DNA of 64,000 bases, from contig OZ281501.1 of assembly GCA_965637545.1 (NCBI GenBank), positions 18,662,001 through 18,726,000 on the forward strand, given 5' to 3'. The DNA is from Phallusia mammillata. Its lineage: Eukaryota. The notes under the pieces were generated by a model. That model searched no databases and was not told the DNA's origin. It saw only the letters and a program-made list of their open reading frames with translations. Shown here piece by piece: positions 39,401 through 51,300 of the stretch. The number at the start of each line of letters is the position of its first letter. Position 1 is the first letter of the stretch. The translations under genes and the position numbers were made by a program.

Positions 39401-41709
39401 GTCTGGTTTCAAATAAAATTAACCCAACAGTAGCAGTTTTTCGGTGATTACTGTTTTTAATATCAATATAATCCAAAGACCAGTGTATAAAACCCAAGGC
39501 CAAACAGAACCAACCGTTGTTAAATATAAAAAAACAAGTATTTACCATGTTAGGTGTCGATGTGTATAAAAATTTAGGCAATTCTCCACATCACTGCGTA
39601 TTATAAGTTCCTGTTATGTTGATAAGCTATCAAATTTATGACTTAATGATGACTCGATACCTGAGAATCATATCACGATTTTGACGGAAGCTTTAGCGGA
39701 TTACTAAACGATTCTGAGTATTGACTGAGTGTTATCTGTGTGCAGTTATGCGTAGTTTATGTTGTGGTTTAGCATAGGAATTCGATTCGATGGTAGCTTT
39801 ACTGTCGTCATTGTCATTTTTGGGATCCTTAACCGACTTCAATGCCCTGATATACGAATTTAGGTTTTTAAACTGTTGTGAGCGCCCCCATAATTTCAGA
39901 CCAATTCTGAATTCTCCCTTTTTTATGAATGTAAATGTGTCTTTGCATATGCATATGTTTTTTTTCCGTTTCAAGGGCTTTTTATGTATTAATTGGTGGG
40001 CACGAGGTCAAGAATTTCGTGGCTACCGTGATTACATAAGTACTTACATAAGTGAAATAAACGCATTTTAGTCTCTAGATTTTTAAGCACACTTTTTACC
40101 TTTCTCGTATTTCTTGCAACGATCTTTGTAAGTTAAGGTTACGTGTCGGTAAACTTTTAAGACTGACATTAAACATCTTACTGAAGGCGGTCTTTGTTAA
40201 ATTTTCTCTGTTGTGTATCTAGGTTTATTATTGAGAATTGCCGATGCAGCGAGCTATATCCAAGTTGTAAAACCTTTAAAGCGGATACGATAGAGCAACC
40301 TTTGTCCCCCTAATCCAATTATATTACCAATGACGCAAGTGTGACGTCAAAAGTCAATTAACTAAGGGAACTTGCAACCTTTAATTTTTAACAAATTGAT
40401 TGCGGTTTGGTAAAGGGATAAAAAAGTATTGTGGTCAAGCATTTTTTGACAAAAGGAAGCGTAAGATAGCCTCTTTTAATGTCACAAAATGTGTTTGTTT
40501 GTTGATGAAGTTGCGTTTCAATGCTTGTTTCCCACGTGTTTGTTTGCCGCACTAACATGTTTGGAACATTACTTGACTGAGGTAAACACGGCGGTTATAC
40601 TGTGGTGTTTTTACAAGAATTGCAGTCTACTTTTACACCTGCCGTTACGTGCTTGTACAAGTCGTGTTTCCACGAACAAGCTGCTGCCATGTGGGCAGTT
40701 TCTTTGAATTTGGACGCCCACGTAATGATAGACTGAAGATCGCCAATGTCGTGTAAATCTGGGTTTATAAAACGGTTGACAATTTAAATTTGTTTGCTGT
40801 TTTGAGAAACTTTGGTTTTGTACTTCCTGCTCACACTAAACTCACTTGTTTAACAATAACCTGATCTGAATTATTCACACTGCAAAGCAGAAATTTATAC
40901 GAATTTTTATGGGTGTGAGGATTAATGATATTGGTATTAATTAATTTCTTATGGATCTAACATTTCGCAACACCTGCGCATGGTAGCAATGTCACGTAAT
41001 ACCAATAAAACGTTGTTATTAAATCACCATATGGTTCGATAACACTGGCTGAAAAGTTGCAGACGTGTTCTCAAATAGCTGAAAACTCATGTGGTTCCTA
41101 TATTAAGATAAAAAATAGGTAGGTTATGTAACCGCTGCCAAGTAAATAGTCTCCATATTGTATAACCACAGTTTTCGAACAACTGAAATTGCAGCTTTCG
41201 CGCCTACGCAAGTTGCTTTAAATAACTCTAAAGGGGTCATTACCGTGGCCCACAAGCTTTCGAAGCAATTTATTTTTGTCCTATTTGCTGTTCTCGAAAT
41301 CTGTTAATCTGTACAAATTTTCCTCGTTTTCACGCACGATTCAAAGTTTGATATTGTCTCGTTTCGCACGCAATTTAGCAGATGGCAAGTCGATCAACAA
41401 GATCTTCGCGACATTTAGTACAAAAAGCGCCTTTAGCACATGGGGTTACCGACCCTTGATAACATATAGCAATGACGTACTCACTTGTCCACGGCAGTAC
41501 GAAAAGCGTGTATTGCTTTTTAAAAACGTGTCACAAATACAATCTCACAATGCCAACATAAAAAGAAATGATCAATTACAAAAGCTGTTTTAAAAAAAAG
41601 TAAATTCAAGCCACTCAGTGTTTCCGACTTACAATTGTAAAAGTTTATTGCAAAGATCGGTGTTGAATGTTTGTTGATTATGCTAGGGCAGTATAAGACC
41701 GTCACTCAC

Positions 41710-42925
41710 AAGAGAATTCCATAAACCGGGTGCTACGCTTCTTAGTTTTTTCGGATTTTTCACCTCCACATAGCCCCCTTCAATCAAGTTTTCGAGCAAC
41801 GCGATGATAAAATTCTCTTTCATGTTCATGTTTTGCATCCGACGAAACATAGTGATTACGTCAATCTCAGCTCTTCGCTTTCGTACATTGGTTTTACAAT
41901 CTAAAAGTTCGGGATCAATGCTTGCGTCGGAAGCCTCTTCTCTAGAATACGAAAATAAATGAATCTCGTTCTTTTGTTTTAATAAAAATATAATTGTCCA
42001 GATGTCGCGCTTTATAGGAAGAAATATGTCTATACTTTGGTGACATTATCTGTAGGTAAACATAATTTTATACCATGGTAAATCTTTGATCCAAATGAGC
42101 TTGCAGAGAAAAGTTTTTTGTATTGATTTTTGCCATATCACGAAATTTTGTTGTTTAAAATTATTGACGCATTAGTGCATATATCGTACGTCAATGATCT
42201 ACACCTCAATGAGCACGACGTTAAAAACAGTTTAATAGAGTTATTCTTCCAGAACTTCCATGTAAACACAATTGACTTTTTTAGAGCGGTTTTGCTTGTA
42301 ACGGTTGTAAGTGTTTTAGAATCTGAGTCAGCTTTTGTTTTTCGACAAATTGGTGTTAATAATCGTCCCTGGTTATTTACTGTTATCGATAACAACTTGT
42401 TAATCGTTGCAATTGCTCACCGTGTAGCCGCTCGTTTCCGTGATTCATCGTAAGAAATGTCATGCAACCGCAAATCCTTGTCTGCGCTGTGCTGCATCAG
42501 TCGTGAAACCTGAACAAAAACTTAATTAGTAATTTTAAATTTTTGTTTGACTTTGCTACACGGCTTGGGTAATTAAAAATTACTCTTAAAATAGGTAAAA
42601 CTGCGAGGAAGTTGATTTCCCCGTATGTTGTGAAAAATTTATCAAAAAAGCATCTACGTATTTTTTGACACCGGTTTTCCGTTACGATCGTAAAACGCGA
42701 TAAGAGATTAAAACGTGAAATAACGTCACAGATACATTTAAACTCCGTAAGTTTCGAGCTGCGCTTGCGTGGGCGTTCGCCTCGATTTCGTAGGTTGTAG
42801 ATTAATTCCCGGATAAAACAAGTACAACTTACCAGTATCGGCCGATCTGACGCGTTTGAGCTGTCAATAGCGTTGACGGCGATGTGTATGCAAAGCAAAA
42901 CTACGACTTGATTCCGAACGGCCAT
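41710..42925 (-). CDS. Small secreted prepropeptide-like protein (gene P1); 3' end unresolved
   Basis: Exons 42833-42925 (ATG, hydrophobic leader MAVRNQVVVLLCIHIAVNA, donor gtaagt), 42421-42509 (ttttgttcag / gtgagc) and 41710-41941 (ttttcgtattctag / gtgagt) join in phase 0 then phase 2 into an open 138-codon frame containing RKR, RKRR, RR and KK sites. Confidence 0.65.
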
Positions 42926-45036
42926 GGTTAACAGAAATAAACGTGCTTGTTCGTGCCTAATCAGCTCGAATCAACTGTGGAATTCGCTATCGAATATTGT
43001 TGTGGTCGTTAGGTCCAAGCCATGGTCCCTTTAAATGATTCCATGTTTGTTCTGCGCGGGGGATTTTAACATTTGTCCACTCAACCGATCCGTTTCCTGG
43101 TCGACATTTATCCTTTTTAATTACAGTTTAATTCTTGAAATTCCAACCCAACAAACGTCTGGTAAGGTGGCTATCGATTTCTTCAAGGGGTGCTATGCAC
43201 ACTGTTTCACGAACGCCTTTGTACTTTAACATTTATATTTCATTTAAAATTTGAACAAGGAAGTGATTTCATATACCCAACTTCCTTTGTTTTGAAGGCC
43301 GTCATTGATCGGTAAATCAGATGCCTGTAATCTTAGCATCTGTTCCCTACATGCGTGGATTGAACAGGGAGGGGCTCCCGGACTAGGTGTTTGTGATCCC
43401 CGAAATGGTTTCTTTGAGGCTGTTCTCATTACAAACAAATAGCCTTGAGTGTTTGGCGAAGGCCGAAAACACCAACAATCGCTGACACACCACTTCACAC
43501 GCATTCGAATCATAATATATAAACACGACTGTTCTAACGTGCTCTGCTAATGAGATGAGCGACACTTTCTCAAAAAGCAAAAAGTAAATTTTATTGTGAT
43601 TCTGCGATAAAATTAATGTTTCTAGAATTGGCCGATGGATGTTTACATCAAGATATGAGCGGTTTGAGTTGTAATCGCTAACACATTCCGAAAAGAGTTT
43701 GCGTACGTGCGAGGACTTGGAATATTGTGTGGTTTCTCCTACACCCACATGCGTTGGGCGCGTGTTTAGGGTTGAAACAGGCATGTCAGCGAAAAATGTG
43801 CTCTCAAAGAAAGGTTCTACCGCATTGCGTATGCATTGGCGTAATATTTCAACTATGAGATGGCAAAAATTATTTCAAACAAATTTGCCGGCGCAAAAAT
43901 AAACGTTGAATTATGCACGTCGGTGGTTGTTAGCCTCACGCACGAACGAAATTGCAAAATTGCTGCGATCGAGTACAGAAATGAACGCCGCGTGAAAGAA
44001 TTTTCCGATAATTTTAAATGTCGGCATTTTGTGACCAAACATATCGCCTGTTCTTTCGCGCGCATGACGTTCACAGGATCTAGTGTTTCGTGAAGATAAT
44101 GGTTTGCGGCACTTTACGTAAAGTGCGTACAGGGCCCGTAAAATTTCCCAGTATGAATTACGTTTAACATAAAATGGGGATTAGAAATGTTTCGGGAAAT
44201 TTTAAATGTCGTCTTTATTATATTGAACAGCAATTGTATTTAACAACATCGATAACATTTACGCAAACGCACTGTCACGCAATGACGCATAAAGCTTTTC
44301 AAATTTTGTATCTTGTCTCCAATCCATTTGCATCTGCAGTCAATTTAAAAGTAAAATTCCCAAATCAGATAAAAAACATTTATGCCGGTAAAACTTTTTC
44401 GATGGACCTTTTGAAAAAGTTGATGTATATATACCTAACCAGCAACATAGACTTTAGTATTCGCTGCTCAGTGAGCATGAGCTAAACCCAGTGAACATTA
44501 GAAAAATTGAAACCAAAGTGCTTTTTTTCGCGTTTGTAGGCATTTTATAAGATTGTCGATAAACGTTTTTAGTGAAACATATTTGTGAGGATTGTAAACG
44601 TGGCCCTACTAGGTAAAAGTATTTTTGCTTACTGAAGAAAGGCGGATACAGCTTTTTAATTTTTATTGCTACTTGTGGTGATTGTTTTGTATTTTTTGGT
44701 TTTACTGATTAATTATGTCTTTTTTCCAGCCAAACACGAACAACATTGTTGCTGAGTTTGTCGTTGCGACCATATCTTTTCATTTATGATGATCATGATT
44801 TCACGATCAATTTATGCCACTAGGTCGCGCTTGAAGTCCAACCATGTTTTTACTATAGCATGGCCCGTGAGCTCTATACATAACCACAATTTCTTCAATG
44901 GTAAATCACATCGTCATTATTTTATATAGATCGCGATAGAGTTTGTTTTAATTGGTCATACCTCGCATACGAAAGGTCTTTTAAATTCACGTTCAAATTT
45001 GAATTATCTATTAATTTTGTGGAGGTCATTTTCAAG

Positions 45037-45213
45037 CAGTGGTTCTTAACCAGGGCAGCACGCACCCCTAGGGATGCGTCAGTCATTTCGAAGGGGGCGT
45101 GAGTCCATGGTTAATTATTTATTCAGTATTTTGCAAGTGAAGTGAATTGTTTGTGAGCAAACAACAAACGAGTTGTAAAAAGAAGCGTGGACAAAAAAGG
45201 TTAAGAACCGCAG
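45037..45213. mobile_element. Degenerate hAT (Charlie-like) MITE
   Basis: CAGTGGTTCTTAACC ... GGTTAAGAACCGCAG (2 mismatches); TSD eroded. Confidence 0.7.
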
Positions 45214-47052
45214 TTTAAATCCTCTCCTTGATTGTCACTTACTCTTTCTGAATGTAAGTGGTTTTACCAAGATAAATATCTTGAACACATAATTGGGTTG
45301 GGTTACACAGATAGGGTTACACATAATTGTCGGAATATAAGCGAAATATGTCGGCGGCTGGCTAACTGACCCTGTTGTCAACTTTTTAATGTTCATCTGG
45401 TATACATGTTAAATACAGAATGTTAAATCAACTTTTCTAAATACAGATTGTAGGTGTTATTGGTTATACAACTACAGTTGGCAAATGCAACACTTGTCGG
45501 TAGCTGAAATTAAGCGTGTAAAGCTGACTGTTGTAAGACAGCGGGTAAAAAAATGTTAGGTTTACGTTGCGGCTGTTTTGTTCAAACAGTAAACACGTCG
45601 CCTGACTTTAAACAATCATCATGGGAGATGTTTGCGTGTTTTTGTGTCTAATCTTTTAATCAAACTACATAACATTCAGTGTAATTTAAGAGAAAAAAAA
45701 TCCCATTGGAAACTTAATTGTAAATTTTTTTCTTTAACACTCGTGTAAGAGCTCGTTGATGAAACTTCTAGTGGCTTTTTATAGTTAAAAAATTTAAAAA
45801 ACGTTAAAATATTGTTTGACTAGGTTTTTTTTTATAGTACTGTATTTTTATTGCTTTGCGCGATTTGCACATCATGTGTTCTGTTAACGATGTACAAAAT
45901 ATTCACTAATTATTAATCGGCGTGAGACTGTTACTACTGTAGGTAGGCAAACAACCAACTATGTCCCATGATTCGAATTTGCTAAACGTGTTTAAATTAA
46001 AATAATTTTGAGCAGGTTACCTTGGGTTATTTTGCTGAAGTAACCTTTTTTTAAACCAATTAATATCTTGTTGTATCTTTAATTTATGCAATACAGTACT
46101 TTCATGCATCTTTAATTTACTGCTAAGATCTTGTATTTACTGAAGTGTTGGACACGCGATTGTGTAAACGTTTAATCTCTGTGCTTCGTGTCACAACCGA
46201 AATATGCTAGGACATAGTTCGAAATATTAGGAAACAGAAAGCGTTTGTTACGATACAAGTCAAGTTCTTTGGGAATGTTATTGGAGTTGCTGCTAATTAT
46301 AACTTGCAAGGTCGGTTTGTTTAGCTTGCGTTTAGACATGCACCAATATGTGAGTAAATGTTGTTCGAGAAATGTTTGCATTATAACCAGCTATGTTTGC
46401 ACACTTTCTTCAAGTGGTTGTGTGTGACTTGTTTATTTTATACTTCGCGTTTTCATAGCCTACCTTGCAAAAAACATGTTGGCTTTTGGGCATTAAAAAA
46501 ACAAAAATGTAGCCTTCTAAAACTGACTAAATATCCCGCAGTTTCGCTGGAGCAATTCTTCGAAACCATCTTTTTATTGATGAAAAACCACAACGTATTA
46601 CGTGCAAATGATGAAATGGCAAAACAAACACATATTAACTGGCAGTGGGGTTCGTAACCAGGCTAATGCCGATTTCACCCTTGTTCATAGTAGGATTCCG
46701 GCAATGAAGGCTCACAACACAACGCCAATGCGTACAAAAATATTAGCAACGTCTATAAATACTTTTAAATAGACTTAATACAACTACGCTGATGTGAACA
46801 GTAACACTTCAATGCGGGTATATTAGCAGCAGGGCGGGTAACCGTGAAAGCAAAATCTCAGGGCATTTAATGCAATAACACAGTGCACATGATGGCGAGA
46901 ACAAGCAACAAAATTCAAGGGGCGGCAATTCAATGCCGGACTTGAAGCATTTTGTACAGAGCCAAAGTCGAACAAAATAAATAAAATAACTTATCGATGC
47001 GTTAGGTGGCGTAGCGGACTCGGGGAAGAGCTCCATTCTGCTCAAAGTAGCA

Positions 47053-47938
47053 CTAGCAACGCCTCTTTCTACCAAACATCATTGGACAAATTCTGCAAAA
47101 CCAGTCCTTGTTGCGCAGAAAAGTATCTATTGCAGATTGGCCCGGCGTTAAAGGAAGTGCGTAGAGGCGGCTGCATTTGCTGCAAATATATTACACTTTG
47201 GTAAACAAGGTGGAAAGCACGTGAACAAATAAACACAGAACACAAATAATATCTTACCTTTTCATGTGTCCTATATCTCTGAATGAAAGAGATCGTGCTT
47301 TCGTTCGCCTGCAAGGACAATAACTCGTGATTAACAGATTTGCAAACTTGGCAAACTAAAATTTTAAGCTGTTTCGTAACATGTTATCAATGCTATTTTC
47401 TGCTGGAGATTTAGGTTTTAATCGCGTATTACCTTGACCGCCGATGTCTTGATGTTCGGATTCTTCGTACCAGTGGTGTAGGCTTATCTTGGTTTGTTTC
47501 CGACCGCCGTGAGCCGGCCTCGAAAAGCTTGTTTATAACTGGATAAATCACGCTACTGTCTTGAACTTTTCCGTCGGTTTCTTTTGTATCTTCATTATAG
47601 TTTCTACAAAAATAAATTAGAATGTAATTTGGCTACAGAATTTCGCGCTGCAAAACTGTGATATTTTTTCTGTATTTTTATTGTAAAAAATACGATACTG
47701 CTTCAAGCAATGACTGTTTATCTTTTCTATTGTGTTGAACTGTTGTCCTGTTTTGCCTGAACACATATTTAATACTAACCTAGTCTGTTAAGGTACAGTT
47801 GCATTACCTGGCTAGGGTAGGGGCAGATGTCGGGACTGCGGCAGCAACTCCGGCGTAAATCGTCAAAGCCAAGAGCAGCAGGACTGCTTTTGTTGTCGAG
47901 AAATTCAGCTGTCGAAATTTTTTTGAGGACTTTGTCAT
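47053..47938 (-). CDS. Small secreted prepropeptide-like protein (gene P2), 159 aa
   Basis: Exons 47808-47938, 47433-47603, 47258-47308, 47053-47179, all joined in phase 2 with GT-AG sites; exon 2 is open in only this frame. Signal peptide AVLLLLALTIYAGVAAA, furin-like RHRRSRR, C-terminal WFCRICPMMF-G-RKRR-C*. Confidence 0.75.
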
Positions 47939-48239
47939 TGTAGTTATTGTTGCTATTAACGTCCACGAAATTGTCAAATTTTCCTGTTCATTACAACTAT
48001 TCTAGAAAAACAAAAAACAAACTGCGTTTACTTTCTGAATAATCAGGAGCTCGCTTTATCCTACTCTGCCTTGACTGCGAAAGTTGTTGAGAAAACGCGC
48101 TTCTTAATATGTTTTTCGGGCTATACACGGAAACGTGATGTGCGCAGAGGTGAGAACGTGTAGCGGCGGATGCATATATGTAAACACGCGATCACATTCA
48201 CCGAAACACACCCTGCACATCACAATAACTATTCTTTAC

Positions 48240-48335
48240 CAATGTCAGGTGTTCACCCGAACGGTTTACTTCCAAAACTTTTTGTGACGCAAGCCACTTG
48301 TTTCAGTCCGAACCACCTTGCGACTGCCTTTTATA
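48240..48335 (-). promoter_or_regulatory. Candidate TATA box and non-coding first exon of P2
   Basis: TATAAAAG on the minus strand at 48335-48328; donor gtaaag at 48239; acceptors at 48002 (ttttttgtttttctag) or 47984 upstream of the ATG; a perfect TGACGTCA lies at 48836-48843. Confidence 0.45.
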
Positions 48336-51300
48336 GGCTGACGCGAAAAAAAGGCAACCTTTATTTTTTATTTCTGAGTCACACTATATGGCCAAAATGT
48401 TTCGCCGGGTACTTTGAAAACCTTGTTCGTTTTTCGGTACTCGCTTGGAAGTTTCAAAGATTTAAATCGCCGCTGATTATTGCGCAACCGAATATTTTTC
48501 TTGCGACGTGTTGGTACAATATCGGCGGACCGGACGAATTCGGTTGTTCACTGCATTTCAAGTACCTATTTCTCCGTCAATCGCCTTAACAGCGGTGGCC
48601 TAGATTCACAAACCATGACGCAACCTGAGCAGAAGCTTTTATGAGACTTCCGAGAAGTCCGACCACCCGGCGGTTTAAGTGCGCTGTAATGATTTTGTTG
48701 TTCCAAGTTTTGATACCTGTCATACTGTCGGCATAACGCTATCTTGTATAGCTGTTTCGTGATTCGTGGAATTACGTTGTCTTAACTCTGCAAGACGTCG
48801 GTTGACGTTTTCACGGGCATAGGATTACAATCAAATGACGTCAAAAGTCATATGGAATAACCGATAATAGGAAATTGTAAACTGAATTTAATCGCACCCT
48901 TCCTTTTGGCGCGTTTGTTGTCAAAATTATCTGACATGACCAATAACAACTGTAGATCTTTGACTGCAAACGCAGAGTCACTGCAATCGACCACTGTCGC
49001 AATAATACTTGCAACATTTTCTCACAATGCTTGTCTATTTGTCACAACTCGTTTGCACAAATGCTCTGCTCATTGGAAATCTTGCAGTCAACAACGTTTT
49101 TTAACCACATACGATTTTATCTATGCTATCAAATTTCGTGTTTCTCGGTTAGTTAAACACAATTCTTCGGCGCAGCGTCTGATTAAAGTCCACGAAGCCC
49201 GTGTATGTTGCTTGCGGCTGACGTAAGCGCGGTTACTTTAGGCAGTGCCTTTACTTTTAAAAATATAATATGTCATCTGGGATTTGGATCTTCTGTTGCA
49301 ATGCACAAAGCTTTTCAAGTCAAGAAATTTCGAAAATTTGTCACATCAGCAAATTACATCTTTGTTGCTGCCTATCCAAACATTATGACCTCTATTGTCT
49401 AAACTCGCCTTGCAATTATTCTACTTATTGGCGCTGTCCTCGAGGTTCTGTCTTTATACCAAGCACGTGCTTTGCACTTAAAACCGCTCGATCACGTCCC
49501 TTCTTTTTTAGATTTTGTGGTCAAACTATTCAATTCTCCTTACTGCAATGCCTGACAACGGACAGCCTTACAAACCAATTTGTGATACCGTTCAATGATT
49601 CCTGCCACGCGTAAATCCCGCTTTTAGATTCGGTTTCGAAACCCTTTTTTAGAAATGGATACTTCCTCGCCTTGTGGTGTTGATTAATTCGTCTTGGACC
49701 CAGTACGTGTCGCAGAGTGTCATTAGTTGCTTGTTGTTTTATATATCAGTAAACATGCGTCAGTTAAGCCATGTTCGTTTGCAGTTTTTTTGCAATGCGT
49801 ACCTAAAATTATGCTGTTTGTTACTTTATTGGGACAAATGGTGGTAAAATATAGTACGGCTGGTGTTAGGTCGGGTTTAACCTGCTCTGTCGTGCAGCAC
49901 CGATGCTTTGTTGTTATGTTGATAACAGTTTGACATCGTGACTGAAATGATTTCAGTTTTAGTTTTTGTGACATTGCGAACGAACCATTCCCACACAGCT
50001 TAGACATCGCGAATCTCGTCCCACTAGATAGTGATTCATAACTCTGTTTGCAAGCACTTGCAGCGGTCAGACCGGATTTCTACCAGTCCGCTATTCCGTA
50101 AATAGACTTAATTACCCGGCACGACGCAGTATTAAGAACGTGCTGATGACCCAGAAATCCAATGAAACCTATTGCTAAAGTTGAACGTTGCTATTTTTGT
50201 GTGACTAATCGCCACTTGTCACTGACAGGTAGCTTGGTAACAAACGGATTTTGTGATGATTAACCGGGATCTCGGAAGCCTTTCGCTGCTCTCGCCGGTT
50301 TCTTAGTCATACATCCGCGTGTTGTTTTACCTGTTCGGTTTTCAAACGTCTTTTGAATGTGTCATAAAAAAATGTGGCCACTTGATTCGGCAAATGTATA
50401 AAAGCCCTTCGCGACTTTTCGGTAATAAACTTTAGTTCAGGGCATCGTTTTTGCAGAAGCACCGGCTAATGCTGTCAAGGTGCTGGTGGTTGGCAGTCGT
50501 AAGATATGGTCATTAATGTTTATTTTTACAGTGACGCGGCGCTGCAGCGCAACTTGACAGCAAGGTTTAGAGTAAATTATGTGTTACACCCACTTATCGA
50601 TTTATTGTCAGGTCACCGAACAACTTAATGTCTTAAACGTGATCTACATCGTAAAATTGTTCCAAATCAAGTTGATAAGCACCGTGTTTTGTACCACAAT
50701 CTAAAAATCGCCGTAAATACTGAAAAATTTATAAGGTATCACAAAAAAGTTGCCCAAATTTTGTTATTGTGTATTGAAAAAAGATTATAACGCCGTTTGA
50801 CAGCCAATAGTTTTTAACAGTGAACTTGGTACCCTCCATTGGGGTGCAACAAACCACTGTCTCCAAGTATCGTTTATATTCGTACGTAGTTCATACGTTT
50901 CTGATTCATTTTCTTGTAAAAAACGTTTCTGCCGTATCAGAGTGATCTTGACATGTAGTGTCGTTTGTGGTTGGGCTCGTCACATTCTGTCTGCAATCGT
51001 TGCAGAATGTCTAGATCGCATCTGGAGATGCTATACGTAGCCTAATGCAACTTTGGAATTTACAGACTATCTTGCAAAAGCTTTTTTTTTGAAATAATTG
51101 CTAGGAGTTGTGAGTGCAATGTAAAAGCAATTACTAGTCTATTCTAAAACCCTTTTATCATTTTTTTCTATTTTGCAACTTTGGAGTAATTTGTAAAAAC
51201 AAGAATTTAAGTATTCCTTGATACTACTATTTATACTTTTTTTAGTAAAAATCTCGACAACTACATTTTCGTTTGTAAACCGCTTTGCGTGACCGTCTGA

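Noticed and set aside
39732-39974. ORF with CIC-KDTF echoing CxC motifs at about 41545 and 42735
   Set aside because: The motif comes from a CATATG micro-repeat, there is no clear acceptor or ATG, and the DNA does not align between sites.
47100-47179. Calling P2 an orexin orthologue
   Set aside because: The C-terminal GILT(L/M)-amide and the paired N-terminal Cys pattern are absent; kept only as a remote resemblance.
40343-48850. Shared 15-mer TGACGTCAAAAGTCA at about 40343 and 48836
   Set aside because: Only two copies of a short motif; cannot be told apart from chance or a small repeat without conservation data.
50141-50180. CTGATGA...GAAAC hammerhead-like spacing
   Set aside because: The intervening sequence cannot form helix II and no helix I is evident.
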